The notes under the pieces: generated by a model
What the model was told of the DNA's origin: nothing
Databases searched by the model: none
What the model saw: only the letters and a program-made list of their open reading frames with translations
Shown here: in pieces, positions 35,585 to 47,059 of the stretch
Layout of the letters: each line of letters starts with the position of its first letter
Numbering within the stretch: the stretch's first letter is position 1
Position numbers and translations under genes: made by a program
Origin: Octopus sinensis
Lineage: Eukaryota
Assembly (NCBI RefSeq): GCF_006345805.1
Contig: NC_043007.1
Location: forward strand, 32,054,001 to 32,118,000
DNA: 64,000 bases
Direction of reading: 5' to 3'

Positions 35585-38500
35585 CATATATATAAAGAGA
35601 GAGAGAAGCCATCAACCAGGCATTGTGATAATGCATATAAATCTAAGGACTTGGCATTTCCTGTTTAAAGTAAAAAGGAAATAAATTAAAAAGTGAGAAG
35701 AATAATGAAATGCTCAGTTGTGTAGGTAGGCTAGGAGGCAAGAGGGGTGGTGTTCCCCGGGGCATGCTTTTATAAGTGCTCCACTTTTAAGTTTGCTGTA
35801 TAAACCTATATGGGCTTAGGGGCCCGGTGGGAAAGCAGCAAACTCAAAGGGTGTCCCCAGGGGGTCCACACTCTAGCTACACCACTGGATATACTATAAG
35901 TTCAACATTTTAGAAATAGCAATAATGATGTGCCCCAGGGGCATCGCATATCAAGTTTTTGGAAAGCTTTGCATAAATATAAGGAAATTTCAAAGGCAAC
36001 TTTGATGTCTTTTATCAATCCGTGAACTTCAGATTTTCAACTGGAACGTTATAAACTAATATAAAAATGGGGAATGGAATTTGTACTTCAGATTAAATAA
36101 ATTCACCATTTTCTTGGTTGTTCTATTATTACACAAAGAATTTAAATGCCATATTTGATGTTAAAAAAAACATCCGGACAGGACATGTTAGACGCAGCTC
36201 AATTTCAGGAGCGCAGTTGCATGAAAATGGTTTTCTGTGCATTAAAGTACAATGCATTGCTGCTTGCTGTCCCAAAGAAGTATTTGCAGGAATGGTTCCA
36301 TCAATGGAAATGATGCTGGATATAAAGTGTGTGGTTTCAGAATGGGACAACTTTGATGGAGATTAAATGCTGGATTGATCTGTGTCGTGGTTTTCATTTG
36401 GTAGATGATACTTTTTGATCAGACCTTGTACACACACACACACACATTCACTTAATATAGACACACTCACACTCACACATATATATTCACTTAATACACA
36501 CACACACACACATATATATACAGTTTTTACACACACACACACACATCCACTTAATACACACACGTATATTCACTTAATACGCTCACACACACGTGTGCGC
36601 ACACATATATATATTCAGTTAATACACACACTCATACATATATATTCACTTAATATATACACACACTCATACATATATATTCACTGACACACACATTCAC
36701 TTAATACACACACTCACACATACATTCACTTAATACACACACACACACACATATATACACTTAATACACACACACACACCACATCCACTTAATACACACA
36801 CATATATTCACTTAATGCACACACATACACACATCTTCACTTAATAAACACACACACATATATTCACTAAATACACACATGCACACACGCGTGCACACAT
36901 ATATATATTCAGTTAATACACACACACATAAATTCACTTAATACACACACACATGCATGCGTATACACATATATATTCAGTTAATACACACACATACATA
37001 CACACATATATATTCACTTACACACACATGCTTATACATGTATAATCACTCACATAGAATTGAATACTATTGTCAAACGTGATTTTTTTTTATTAATCCA
37101 GTTTTTCTATATCTTTGCTCAGATTGATATCCTAGTAAACAACGCCGGACGCAGTCAACGAGCGGCATGGGAAGAGACCTCATTGGACGTAGACCGATAC
37201 TGCATGGAATTAAATGTTCTTGGCACATTGTCTCTCACCAAGAACGTGTTACCTCATATGATAAACCGAGGAGAAGGCCACATAGTCGTTATGGGGGCTG
37301 TCGAAGGGAAAATAGGTACATTCCATATTTCTGTCTTGTTATTTAACTTTTCAAATTAAACAGCTCACACCTTTTTCCTGCTGTATTCAAACATGAAAAT
37401 TTATTCATTTTAATTTTAGATGTCTGTTTGAATGTCAATTTGGATGTCTGGATATATGAATATGCCCCATAAAAAGGTGCCGTGTTAAGAGCATTAGTGC
37501 TGGTGTCACATTAAAAAGTACACGGTACGCTATGTGAAGTGGTTGGCATGGGAAGGGCGCCCAGCCATAGAAGCCAAGCCAGAACAGACAATGGAGCCTG
37601 ATGTGGCCCCGCCGACTTACCAGCTCCTGTTAAACCATCCAACCCATGACAGCATGGAAAACAGATGTTAAATGATGATGATGATGATGTATATCCATCT
37701 CTTTGTCTATATATCTATCCATCTGTCTGTCTGCCAGTATGTATGTATATATGTTTCATCTTTTACTTGCTTCAGTCATAAGGCTGTGGCCATGCTGGGG
37801 CACTATCTCAAAGGATTAACCCCCAGCTGTTTAATGCCATATCCAGGAAATACAAACATACAACGAGCTACTTTACAGTTCCTATCCCTCAAATCCTCTA
37901 ATAAGGCTTCACTCAGCCTGGAGCTATACCAAAGAGACTTGCCCAAGGAACTGAGCCTAAATAACACAGTTATGGCCATATTTATGGTTTTATCTTGGGT
38001 TTTTTTTTAATAGTTTTTCCATAAATTTGATGTTTCTAGCTACTTAAATTCAAAAAATTAATAAAATATTTGAGTTTTTTATTTTTTTTATTTTCAATTA
38101 TCTTTCTTTATTATTCAGGTGCACCTTTTTCGGCTTCTTATACTGGTGCCAAGCATGCTCTTCAGGTTAGTACAACTGGTATTCAAACTGTTGTTCATTT
38201 AAGTTCTCTCTTCCAGGTAGATCTTCTTGTATACAATATTACATAGTTTTCAGTTATTCTAGGAGTTTCCACAGCAACCAAATTATTCAGAAATCAAAAA
38301 AACCGACTCATCTTCCCACAATCCTTTCTGGAAGGATCTAAAGATTAGTCATCAATCAAAGGTTAAACATTTTTATCACCATGCTGTCCTTCAATAATGG
38401 AGCGTTAGAATTTTTTTTCTTTTAATCAATATTGTTCTAACTCCATTGAGGACCTTATGTGATACAAGGCTGACCATGGGCTAAACATCAGCAATGACTA

Positions 38501-41500
38501 AGAGTTATTAAGGTTGACTTTGCCTTTCATCCTTTTGGAGGTTGATGAAATAAGTACCAGTTATGTACTGGGAACAGATGTTAGCAACTAGCCCTCACCC
38601 CACCACTAAAAGATTTCAAGCCTTATGTTCATAGTAAAAAAGATCATCATCATTATTAAGTGAGAGAGTAGTGCATGTCACCAAAGTGACACTGGGGTAA
38701 AATATACGAAGCCCATCATGACTACCCGTCTGATAAGGGTACACCAGGCACATGCATCACAACCATATGTCCGTGACATGGTGATCTCATATCAAGATAA
38801 ACAGCACGTCCTTGCAGGTGGTGGGGCCCAGTTACAATTTTCTTCTGGTCAAGTAACCCATTATATCTACTTTTTATTTCTATAAAATTGTGCTAACAAT
38901 GTAACTTAATCCATTAATCTCTTATAATATATTCTATAATAAAAAAGCACATTTCTTTTTTCTTTCAGGGATATTTCGATAGTCTTCGATTAGAGATGCA
39001 CAACCACAACATTGGTGTGTCAATTATTTGCCCCGGACCAACTTTCTCAAATCTTCTGGAAAATGCATTCACAGGAACTATTGCTACTGTAAGGCATCCA
39101 TTTGACCATAATTTGCATCTGTTTAATGCACCACATAGCTTAATACCACCAAATAGGGGGACTCAAGAAAAGTTTTCTGTGTTGCAAGTATTCTCTTTCT
39201 TCCTCTCAGCTCAAACTTTTCTTCAAGACATTGTCTAGGCTGGACACAAATGACAATCTTATCTGGCTGGGTATACCTGCACTCATCTCCTGCATTCATC
39301 TCTTGTTTTCATCACCTGCACTCATTTCTTGCACTCATCACATGAACTCATCACCTGCACTCATTTCTTGCACTCATCACATGAACTCATTTCTTGCACT
39401 TACCCACTGCACTCATTACCTGCACTGATCTTTTGCATTCATCACCTACACTCATCCCCTGCACTCATCTACTGCATTCATTCCTTGCACTCATCTCTTT
39501 TACTCATCACCTGCACTCATCTCTTGTACTCATCCACTGCACTCATCCCTGCACTCATCTCTTTTACTCATCACCTGCACTCTATGAGTCTGTCTATGAG
39601 TGCTTGTGAATCGGTGATTGCATCTACAACTGACGGTGTACACAAGACTAATGCAAGCAAAAATGATTCAGAAAACGACAATAATAATAATATTTTTTAT
39701 TAAAAGTGATTGTGACATTCTTTTTATTTTGCATAAAATATTCTTTACATCCTGCTGTTGTTTTATTGCCATTTATTTACAAGTGTTATAAATTTTATTG
39801 GTAAAATATTTTGGGGGGGACGAATTACGATTTATAACATTGCTACTATGGGAAATTATTGCTCTGCTTTACAAGTTTTCATTTTCTGAGTGGTCTCTGG
39901 GAACAAATTAACTCGTATATTGAGGCACTACTCATCATCATCACCATTTAACGTTCGCTTTCCATGCTAGCATGAGAACTGGCGAACCAGATGGCTGCAC
40001 CAGGCTCCAGTCTTGATCTGGCAGAGTTTCTACAGCTGGATGCCCTTCCTAACGCCAACCACTCCGAGAGTGTAGTGGGTGCTTTTACGTGCAACCGGCA
40101 CGAGGGCCAGTCAGGCGGTACTGGCAACGGCCACGCTGAAATGGTGTTTTTCATGTGCCACCTGCACAGGAGCCAGTCCAGCGGCACTGGTAACAACATC
40201 ACTCGAATGTCTTTTCACGTGCCACCGGCACAAGTGCCAGGAAGATGATGCTGGTAACGATCACGCTCGAATGGTGCTTTTTATGTGCCACTGGCACAGA
40301 AGCTGTTAGATGGTGCTCTTAGTGCTCCACTAGCACGGATGCCAGTCATCGAATTTGATTTCAATTTCACTTGCCTCAACAGATCTTCGCAAGCAGAGTT
40401 CGCAAGCACCACTGTATACAGATAGGAAATATTTACTGTGAATTCCGTCCGTCTTTACATTCTGAGTTCAAATTCAACCAAGGTTGACTTTGCTCTTCAT
40501 CTTTTCAGGGTCAATAAATTAAGTACCAGTTGCGTACGGGGGTCAATCTAATCGACTAGCCTCCTCCCTAAAAAATTTTGGCCCTTGTGCCTAAAGTAGA
40601 GAAAAATAATTAGTAGGAATTTAATTCCCACCACAAGAATTTCATGCAAGATTTTGTGTATAATTTTCTTCCACTTTAAATCGGATTGGCTTCAAAATTT
40701 CTTCAATCTTTTTCCAGAATTATGGTATGAAGATGGACCCTAATGATAGACGAATGGACACAGCACGCTGCGCCCGACTTATAATTCTTGCTGTGGCCAA
40801 CAAGTTGGATGAGGTCTGGATTGCTAGACATCCCCTGCTTTTGGTGATGTACTTGTGCCAGTATTGTCCTTCCTTTGGACAATGGTAAGTTTTTTGTACT
40901 TCAGTTGTAGCCATGGCATACTAAGCTTTGTGGGAACTAGAACACAGATTGGTCAAAATGATTATGGGAGAAATAGGGGCAATATTGTAGCTGGGGTGGG
41001 GGGAAGGTAAGAGGGGAGGGGAGTGGAATCGGGTGGGGGAAGAGGGAAGGGGAGAGGGAAAGGGGACGGGAGGGGGAAGAGGGAAAGAGGAAGGGGAGGG
41101 AATGGGAGAGAGAAAGGGAGAAGGAAGGGGAAGGGGATATGGTGGGGGAGAGGAAAGGGGATGGGAATAGGGGAAGGGAAGAGGGAAATCATCAAATCAC
41201 CATCCATGTGATTAGTTATGGTTCGGTTCAGTCCATTTTGAAGATTTGGGTATGAGATACACGTCTGCCAAGCTTGTGCCAAAACTGCTTTCAGCTGACC
41301 GAAAGGACACTCAGCTTTCAGTTGCCCAAGATTTCCTTGATTGTGTCGAGACCGATGAAAATTCTTTTGAAAACTTGGCACAGGTCTCAGCAGGAATCAC
41401 CAAGCTTTTGACTAAACTTGATGCAGATTCTCTGCTCAACTTCCTGTCATGGTCAATGCAACGATCACACGCTACACACTTTCCTTCCAAGCATTGCTGT

Positions 41501-42000
41501 AAACAGTGGAAGTGAGCTAGAACATTAAAACTTAGTGTACATGCACAGCAGAGTTCAAGGTCCAATCTGTGCCAAGCGGCTTCACTCTCCGTGCTTTAGC
41601 ATCGTTACTATGGCAACAGACCGGATACTTAATGCTAAGACCACGTGTGTGTTTGTGAGTGTTTTTCTTTAACCTTTTAGCATTCATATTATTCCGTCAA
41701 ATGTAATACTTATTTATTCACATTGTTTTGAATTAATCATGAATTATCTCGTAGCTTTGAGATTTCAATGGTGTGATTGTATATTTTTAGAATGACATTG
41801 TAAACTAGGTGTGAGAGGTTAGATCTGGCTAGTTTGAGCGTATGTTCAAAATAGATAGAATACTTAGGCTTGATATGGCCAGTTTGAATGCTAAACATTT
41901 AAGATAATTAATAAAATAATTTTTTTCTACCTGTTTTAGGATTCTCTGCCATTTCGGTAAAAAGATGTTATTGACTGCAAAGAGTGGAGCACGTGTATAA
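32080..42000 (+). CDS. DHRS7: Dehydrogenase/reductase SDR family member 7 (DHRS7-like), spliced gene, 8 coding exons, 969 nt, 322 aa
   Basis: Manual splice: 32080-32203, 33801-33950, 34858-34964, 37123-37315, 38119-38165, 38969-39088, 40718-40884, 41940-42000. All introns are GT..AG with matching phases. Motifs: N-terminal hydrophobic anchor, [36 protein letters not shown], EVWI. The sequence is collinear with vertebrate DHRS7. Confidence 0.93.
32956..33764. mobile_element. TTAA MITE family 2 interrupted by a minus-strand RTE 3' end (33012-33606)
   Basis: Left TTAACCTGTTGGCGTTCAG, right TAAATGCTAAAAGGTTAA; the insert encodes IGLTEAMTSDRDLWKYAVLKK followed by the RTE 3' UTR. Confidence 0.8.
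33801..33950 (+). CDS. DHRS7: DHRS7 exon 2 (Rossmann TGxxxGxG motif)
   Basis: TTTTTCAG acceptor; encodes [56 protein letters not shown] donor. Confidence 0.96.
34070..34298. repeat. Inverted pair of SINE 5' halves (92-bp arms, 45-nt spacer) in DHRS7 intron 2
   Basis: 34070-34161 and the reverse complement of 34207-34298 are about 90% identical. Confidence 0.9.
34393..34792 (+). mobile_element. Helitron/Helentron-associated (HINE-like) non-autonomous element with an internal ~100-bp tandem duplication
   Basis: 5' ACTAGC...CCCGGCATTGCTCGGG subterminal hairpin and 3' ...GACAGACACACAACTTTATTTTTATATATA; the same termini occur reversed at 54465-54850. Confidence 0.6.
34858..34964 (+). CDS. DHRS7: DHRS7 exon 3
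   Basis: TTACAG acceptor; encodes ESGRLSPDDILIVPLDLLDFGSHPHAVMNVLQYYSQ; GTATAA donor, phase 0. Confidence 0.93.
35097..35317. repeat. Near-perfect palindrome: 103-bp arms, one mismatch, 15-nt spacer (DHRS7 intron 3)
   Basis: 35097-35199 equals the reverse complement of 35215-35317 except at one position. Confidence 0.95.
36235..36430 (+). mobile_element. mariner 3' end remnant
   Basis: Frameshifted ..QEWFHQWK*CW.KCVVSE.D.F.GD* C-terminus, then TIR-like ATACTTTTTGATCAGACCTTG plus TA. Confidence 0.65.
36445..37030. repeat. Minisatellite of ATTCACTTAAT + (AC)n(AT)n units (about 18 copies)
   Basis: Recurrent ATTCA[C/G]TTAATACACAC anchor separated by variable AC/AT runs. Confidence 0.9.
37123..37315 (+). 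CDS. DHRS7: DHRS7 exon 4 (NNAG motif)
   Basis: Encodes [64 protein letters not shown]; AG and GT boundaries. Confidence 0.96.
38119..38165 (+). CDS. DHRS7: DHRS7 exon 5 (catalytic YxxxK)
   Basis: TTATTCAG acceptor; encodes [22 protein letters not shown] donor. Confidence 0.94.
38969..39088 (+). CDS. DHRS7: DHRS7 exon 6
   Basis: TCTTTCAG acceptor; encodes GYFDSLRLEMHNHNIGVSIICPGPTFSNLLENAFTGTIAT; GTAAGG donor. Confidence 0.95.
39277..39582. repeat. 13-bp minisatellite (consensus near CTGCACTCATCTC), about 23 units, DHRS7 intron 6
   Basis: 13-nt periodicity read directly from the sequence. Confidence 0.9.
39932..40400 (-). mobile_element. RTE LINE 3' UTR fragment with several hairpin units
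   Basis: Reverse complement of the RTE tail. Confidence 0.8.
40718..40884 (+). CDS. DHRS7: DHRS7 exon 7
   Basis: TTTTTCCAG acceptor; encodes NYGMKMDPNDRRMDTARCARLIILAVANKLDEVWIARHPLLLVMYLCQYCPSFGQ; GTAAGT donor, phase 2. Confidence 0.94.
40992..41185 (+). repeat. G/A-rich purine tract with many G3-G5 runs
   Basis: Directly visible. Confidence 0.85.
41190..41380 (+). mobile_element. mariner transposase fragment (HTH end to the WVPHEL-like motif)
   Basis: ISYGSVQSIL(fs)EDLGMRYTSAKLVPKLLSADRKDTQLSVAQDFLDCVETDENSFENL. Confidence 0.75.
41669..41902. mobile_element. TTAA MITE family 2
   Basis: TTAACCTTTTAGCATTCA ... TGAATGCTAAACATTTAA. Confidence 0.8.
41940..42000 (+). CDS. DHRS7: DHRS7 exon 8 (terminal; WILCHFGKKMLLTAKSGARV*)
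   Basis: CTGTTTTAG acceptor, phase 2 completes the TGG codon; TAA at 41998-42000; GKK matches the GKK of vertebrate DHRS7. Confidence 0.88.
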
Positions 42001-42297
42001 AAAAAGAACAACAACAAAAACAACCAATAATCATTTTAAAAACATTTTTCATTCTTATATTAAGGTTGGTAAAGTCATTTTTGGATGTGTAAAGATTTGA
42101 ATATTTCCAGCGTACCTTTTTAAAACAAAATTGTTCTTTAACTTTTTTTTGTGTATTTCAGGGAATCTTTCCACGAGGAAGACTTTTGGAAAACACAAGA
42201 GAAATTCTGTGAAAAAGCAGGCTTGCCTTGTTTGCAGTTTGGACATTTGTATATTTGCACCGTAGTAGTGTAGGCCGGTCCTGCTAGAGATATCAGT

Positions 42298-42303
42298 AAT
42301 AAA
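42298..42303 (+). terminator. Candidate polyadenylation signal of DHRS7 (AATAAA)
   Basis: First AATAAA after the stop codon, about 300 nt downstream; not validated. Confidence 0.35.
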
Positions 42304-42699
42304 CTATTTATATAAAACATGACTGTGTTACTTTCTTGCTTAGAATCATTTTTATATTTACTGATAATATAATGGCAATGAGCAAGCAGAATTGTTAGCA
42401 CACCAATGATGAGGGTTCCAGTTTATCCGATCAACAGAACCGCCTGCTCATGAAATTAACCTGCAAGTAGCAGAGCACTCCACAGACACATGTACCCTTA
42501 ACGTAGTTCTCAGCGGTTCGGCAAAAGATATCCGATAGAATAAGTACCAGGCTTACAAAGAATAAGTCCAGGGGTCGATTTGCTTGACTAAAGGCGCTGC
42601 TCCAGCATGGCCATATTCAAAATGACTGAAACAAGTAAAAGAGTATATGAATTCAACCTTCACTTCTTATATTAACTCTCCCCCCCCCCACGTCCCACA

Positions 42700-43240
42700 A
42701 ACACAATGTAAAATGTGGCCAAAGAAATTCGCCAACCAGCCTACATATCTTACTTAACCCCTTCCCTCCCTACGGACCATAAGGTCCTTGACGACTGTCC
42801 TTAACACTAGGCTGTCCTTTCTGCTCCTCTCCCGACCTTTTTTAGCTCTACACCAATATCCTGCCTCCACCTATTTCCAGGCTGTTATCTCTTCCATCTC
42901 CCTCCCAGGGAGATTTCGCTGCCCTGCACTATATATTTCTCGGAGTGAAGCCCCTTCTCTCCAGGTTTTGTTGGTTTCGAATTGTCATTGATACGTCTGT
43001 AACTACTTTTCTCTTGGTAGGAGGGTTGTTGTACATTTGTAAAATGTACGTCTACCCCTTTTGCCATTCAATGGATTCGTCTCAGCTACCATCATTTATC
43101 TCTCTTGCATTGATAGAGAATCAAGTTGAATTATCTCCCCTGGTTGTGGAAACCGCGTGGATTGTAATTTCTCCTTTGGTTGAGGGCAAACGTGGAATTT
43201 ACGCCAAGTTCCCTATGAGATGTTGTGTGCGTAAATAAAT
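42700..43240 (-). mobile_element. Degenerate Penelope-like GIY-YIG region
   Basis: Minus-strand remnant NST*FS....EI.D....SIEW resembles PLE NSTxLSxxIWxLKDxxxxYSIxW; several stops. Confidence 0.4.
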
Positions 43241-43323
43241 TATTTCTGTTTCTGAAAAATCAATAACAACTTTAGAGGAGAAATTCAAATAGTGGCTTAA
43301 GCTGTAGCTCATCAGATTAAATA

Positions 43324-43582
43324 GGAGCACTCCGTCGGTTGCGACGATGAGGGTCCCAGCTGATACGATCAATGGAACAGCTTGTTTGGGAAATTAACGT
43401 GCAAGTGACTGAGCAATCCACAAACACGTGTACCCCTAACGTAGTTCTCAGGGAGATTCAGCGTGACACACAGTGTGACAAGGCTGACCCTTTGAAATAA
43501 AGGTACTACTCATTTTTGACAGCTGAGTGAACTGGAGCAACGTCAAATAAGGGGTCTTGCCACTAAGCCACGCGCCTTCACA
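43324..43582 (-). mobile_element. tRNA-derived SINE (GCGTGGCTTAGTGG type) with an internal deletion
   Basis: Homolog of 3485-3810. Confidence 0.8.
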
Positions 43583-45003
43583 TCAGATTAAATATAATGA
43601 AGACTAGGATAAAAATCTTAAATTGCATGCAAACTTTGTTGCTTGAATAAAGGAAATTGTCTAATCAGGGAAGATTAGATAACTGGTTTATTCAACCCAT
43701 CAGAATCTCATGAAATCAAATATTATTACATATGATAAAATAGTCTATCTACCAAGTAATCTGCCAGAGGATTTGCTCCAAAAGTAGATGTGGAAGTCGC
43801 TTTTAAAGGCTGTGATATACAAATAAATAAATGTGGAAGTGAGTTTTTCAACAAGGTTCAAAATACGTAAAACTTATTAAAAGATCTGAAAATGTATTTG
43901 GTTTCACTGTAAAGTAATTTTATGATTAAATGATTAAGAACAAGCTTAGTAACTGAAGCATCATAGTTGTGACCAACAGAAGTCTCTTCGATTTCAATGT
44001 ATCCACAGTCATAAAAGTGGGTGCTTTTATATTTTGTCATCATTCATTTGTTTTAATCATTTAATTGCAGCCATGCTGGAGCACCACCACAAAGGGTTTC
44101 AGTTGAACAAATCGTACTAATTCTATCGGTCTCTTTTGCCAAGCCACTATGATACAGGGACATAATCAAACCAATGTGGGTTGTTAAGTGGTGTGTATGG
44201 TGGGGGGAAAACACAGGACAAAGCCACACATACATATATGTGTGTATGAATGTGTGTGTGTCTCTTGACATCGCATGACAGTTGTAAATGATTATCACTG
44301 TCATACATGCAGTGTCATTCATTTCCAATATATCACGAGAACGTACCTGTCCATGGAAAAATATTACCTTACCTGGAAACAGGTGAGGGTTGGTGCCAGG
44401 AAGGGTACCTCTACAAACTCTGTTCAACCCAAGCATGGAAAAGTAGATGTTAAAATGATGATGATGGTGGTAGATTTCCCACGATCTCTGTTTACCAAAT
44501 TCACCCATAAAGTTTTGGTTGGCCTTAGACCATAGTAGAAGGGTACCACAAAGTTGGCCTTAGACCATAGTAGCAGGGTACCACAAAGTGGGACTGAACT
44601 CAAAGCCACATGGTTGCAAAGTGAGCTTCTTAACTTGTGCTTCTAACAATTTTTTTTCTTTTTCTTTTTTTGCTGTCTGTTGTTATTTTTTGCTGAATCA
44701 TTATTGATACAGAAATAATAAAAATAAGGAATTATGTGTTAAAAATAAATCGAAATTTCCACCTCATTAATTTGAACAATTGCAAAGCTTCAAAACACTT
44801 TTGGAATATTTACTAATGTAAAATATCTGACAGATAAAGATCAGTGAGGGTGAGCACAGACAAAGGGAGGGTCAAACAAACTGTTATACTAACAAGTACA
44901 AACTCCTGTCTGAAATAGATAATATTTTTGAAAGACTAGTGAAAACACATTATCTTAAAGTTAGCATTATATGTGTGTGTATATGTATGTTATCTTCTGT
45001 TTT

Positions 45004-45038
<35 letters not shown>

Positions 45039-45039
45039 C

Positions 45040-45675
45040 TAGTGACCGGGACCTCTGGAAATATGCTGTGCTGCAGAAGACTCGGTAAGCACAGGTGTGA
45101 CCATAACCTTGTGGCCTATGCCAAGGGTGTAACCAGTCCACTTGTGCATGCCTTTTCTTCATTGGACACTAAACTCTGCTTGCGAAGACCAGTTGAGGCA
45201 AGTGAAATCAAAGTCGAAGTCAAACTCGGTGACTGGCATCCGTTGCTAGTGGAGCACTAAGAGTACCATATGAGTGAGATCGTTGCCAGAGCAAATGGCT
45301 GGTCTTCGGGCCGATGGCACATTAAGCACACCATTCGAGCGTGATCGTTACCGTGTTGCCTTACTAGCACTTGTGCTGGTGGCACGTGAAACATTCAAGC
45401 GAGGTCGTCATCAGTGTCACTGGAATGGCTCCTGTGCAGGTGGCACGTAAAAAGCACCATTTGGACGTGGCCATTGCCAGTACCACTAAACTGGCCCTCG
45501 TGCCAGTGGCACGTAAAAGCACCCACTGCACTCTCGGAGTCGTTGGCGTTAGGAAGGGCATCCAGCTGTAGAAACTCTGCCAGATCAGATTGGAGTCTGG
45601 TGTAGCCAGACCTCAGTCAAATTGTCCAACCCATGCTAGCATGGAAAACGGATGTTACATGATGATGATGATGAT
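45040..45675 (+). mobile_element. RTE LINE 3' end (last codons plus full 3' UTR)
   Basis: ATGACTAGTGACCGGGACCTCTGGAAATATGCTGTG (MTSDRDLWKYAV), then hairpin units and the tail. Confidence 0.85.
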
Positions 45676-46249
45676 ATATACCCAACTCTATAAGTTGGGT
45701 ATTCTGTCATCAGAGAAATATAGGCTAGACAGTGGAACAATATTTGTCATCAATGATATTTGTTGTGGTTCGTTATATCCTGGAGGTTAAGAGGGTCCAA
45801 TTAAATCCAGTTGGATCAGGTCTTCTTTAGGTAAATACATGATACAAGAGAGTGGTTAAGTGGTATAGCAGGGCGAGAACTTATAGAGTGTTCATTTGAT
45901 TCAATGGCCCCAGAAACTGCTATCAGAGTTTATCTTTACTAGTTTGTACTATGTTCACCATTTGTTATGAAGCAAAAGATTTTAGATTAAATTTAATTCA
46001 AAACAATGTGAATGACATTTGGCAGAGTAATCAGAAGGCCAAAGAGTTAACATGATCGAACAGTTGATACTTATTTGCTTATTGTTATCACTTCTTTGTT
46101 CCGATGATATTTATGTAGGTTGGAGTAAATTATTTTGATTGCAGGGAGTGACTCTAAACTTTAAACAGGATATAGAGATCTTTCATCTGTTGTGTGTTAT
46201 TTGCCTTGAGGAATCTTTATTTCTTTTTTAAGCCTGGCACTTATTCTTA

Positions 46250-46482
46250 TTTCTTTATTGCCCACAAGGGGCTACACACAGAGGGGACAAACAAGGACAG
46301 ACAAACGGATTAAGTCAATTATATATCGACCCCAGTGCGTAACTGGTACTTATTTAATCGACCCCGAAAGGATGAAAGGCAAAGTCGACCTCAGTGGAAT
46401 TTGAACTCAGAACGTAGCAGCAGACGAAATACCACTAAGCATTTTGCCCAGCATTCTAACGTTTCTGCCAGCTCGCTGCTTT
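46250..46482 (-). mobile_element. tRNA-derived SINE (GGTGAGCTGGCAG type), full length
   Basis: Reverse complement of 11901-12133. Confidence 0.85.
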
Positions 46483-47059
46483 AATAAGCCTGGCACTTAT
46501 TCTATCAGACTCTTTCTATCGAATTGCTAAATTATGGGATCTTAAAAACACCAACACCAGTTGTGAAGCAGTGGTAGAAGACAAACAGAAACACAATGAC
46601 ACACACACACACACATTGGGCTTCTTTCAGTTTCTGTGTACCAAATCCATTTACAAGGCTATATAATATGCTGAGACCCCCTTCGGTCATGAATATTTCG
46701 AATATTTGCTACTACCACCGAGATCTGCACCCGCGGTTGGCTTCACCCGGGCTCGCGCCCGTGGCCTCTATGTATGCTGTTGGATTGCACCTATAAAGTT
46801 ACCCTCCCAGGCAAGGTTGTTTATGGAAGACCAGCAGTCGCCCATGCATACCACCTTCCCCTCTCCACGCCACCAGTGTTATCTAAGGAAAAGGCCGATA
46901 CAGCTTGGCACCTGTGATGTCGCAACTCATTTCTACAGCTGAGTGAACTGGAGCAACGTGAAATAAAGTGTCTTACTCAAGAACATAACATGCAGCCCGA
47001 TCCGGGATTCGAACTCACAACCTCACGATCGTAAGCTTGACGCTCTAACCACTGAGCCA

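Noticed and set aside
36445-37030. Constant repeat plus variable spacer, CRISPR-like
   Set aside because: The spacers are only (AC)/(AT) slippage runs; this is a minisatellite.
41989-42000. C-terminal -ARV as a peroxisomal PTS1
   Set aside because: It departs from the [SAC][KRH][LM] consensus, and the protein has an N-terminal membrane anchor as in ER-resident DHRS7.
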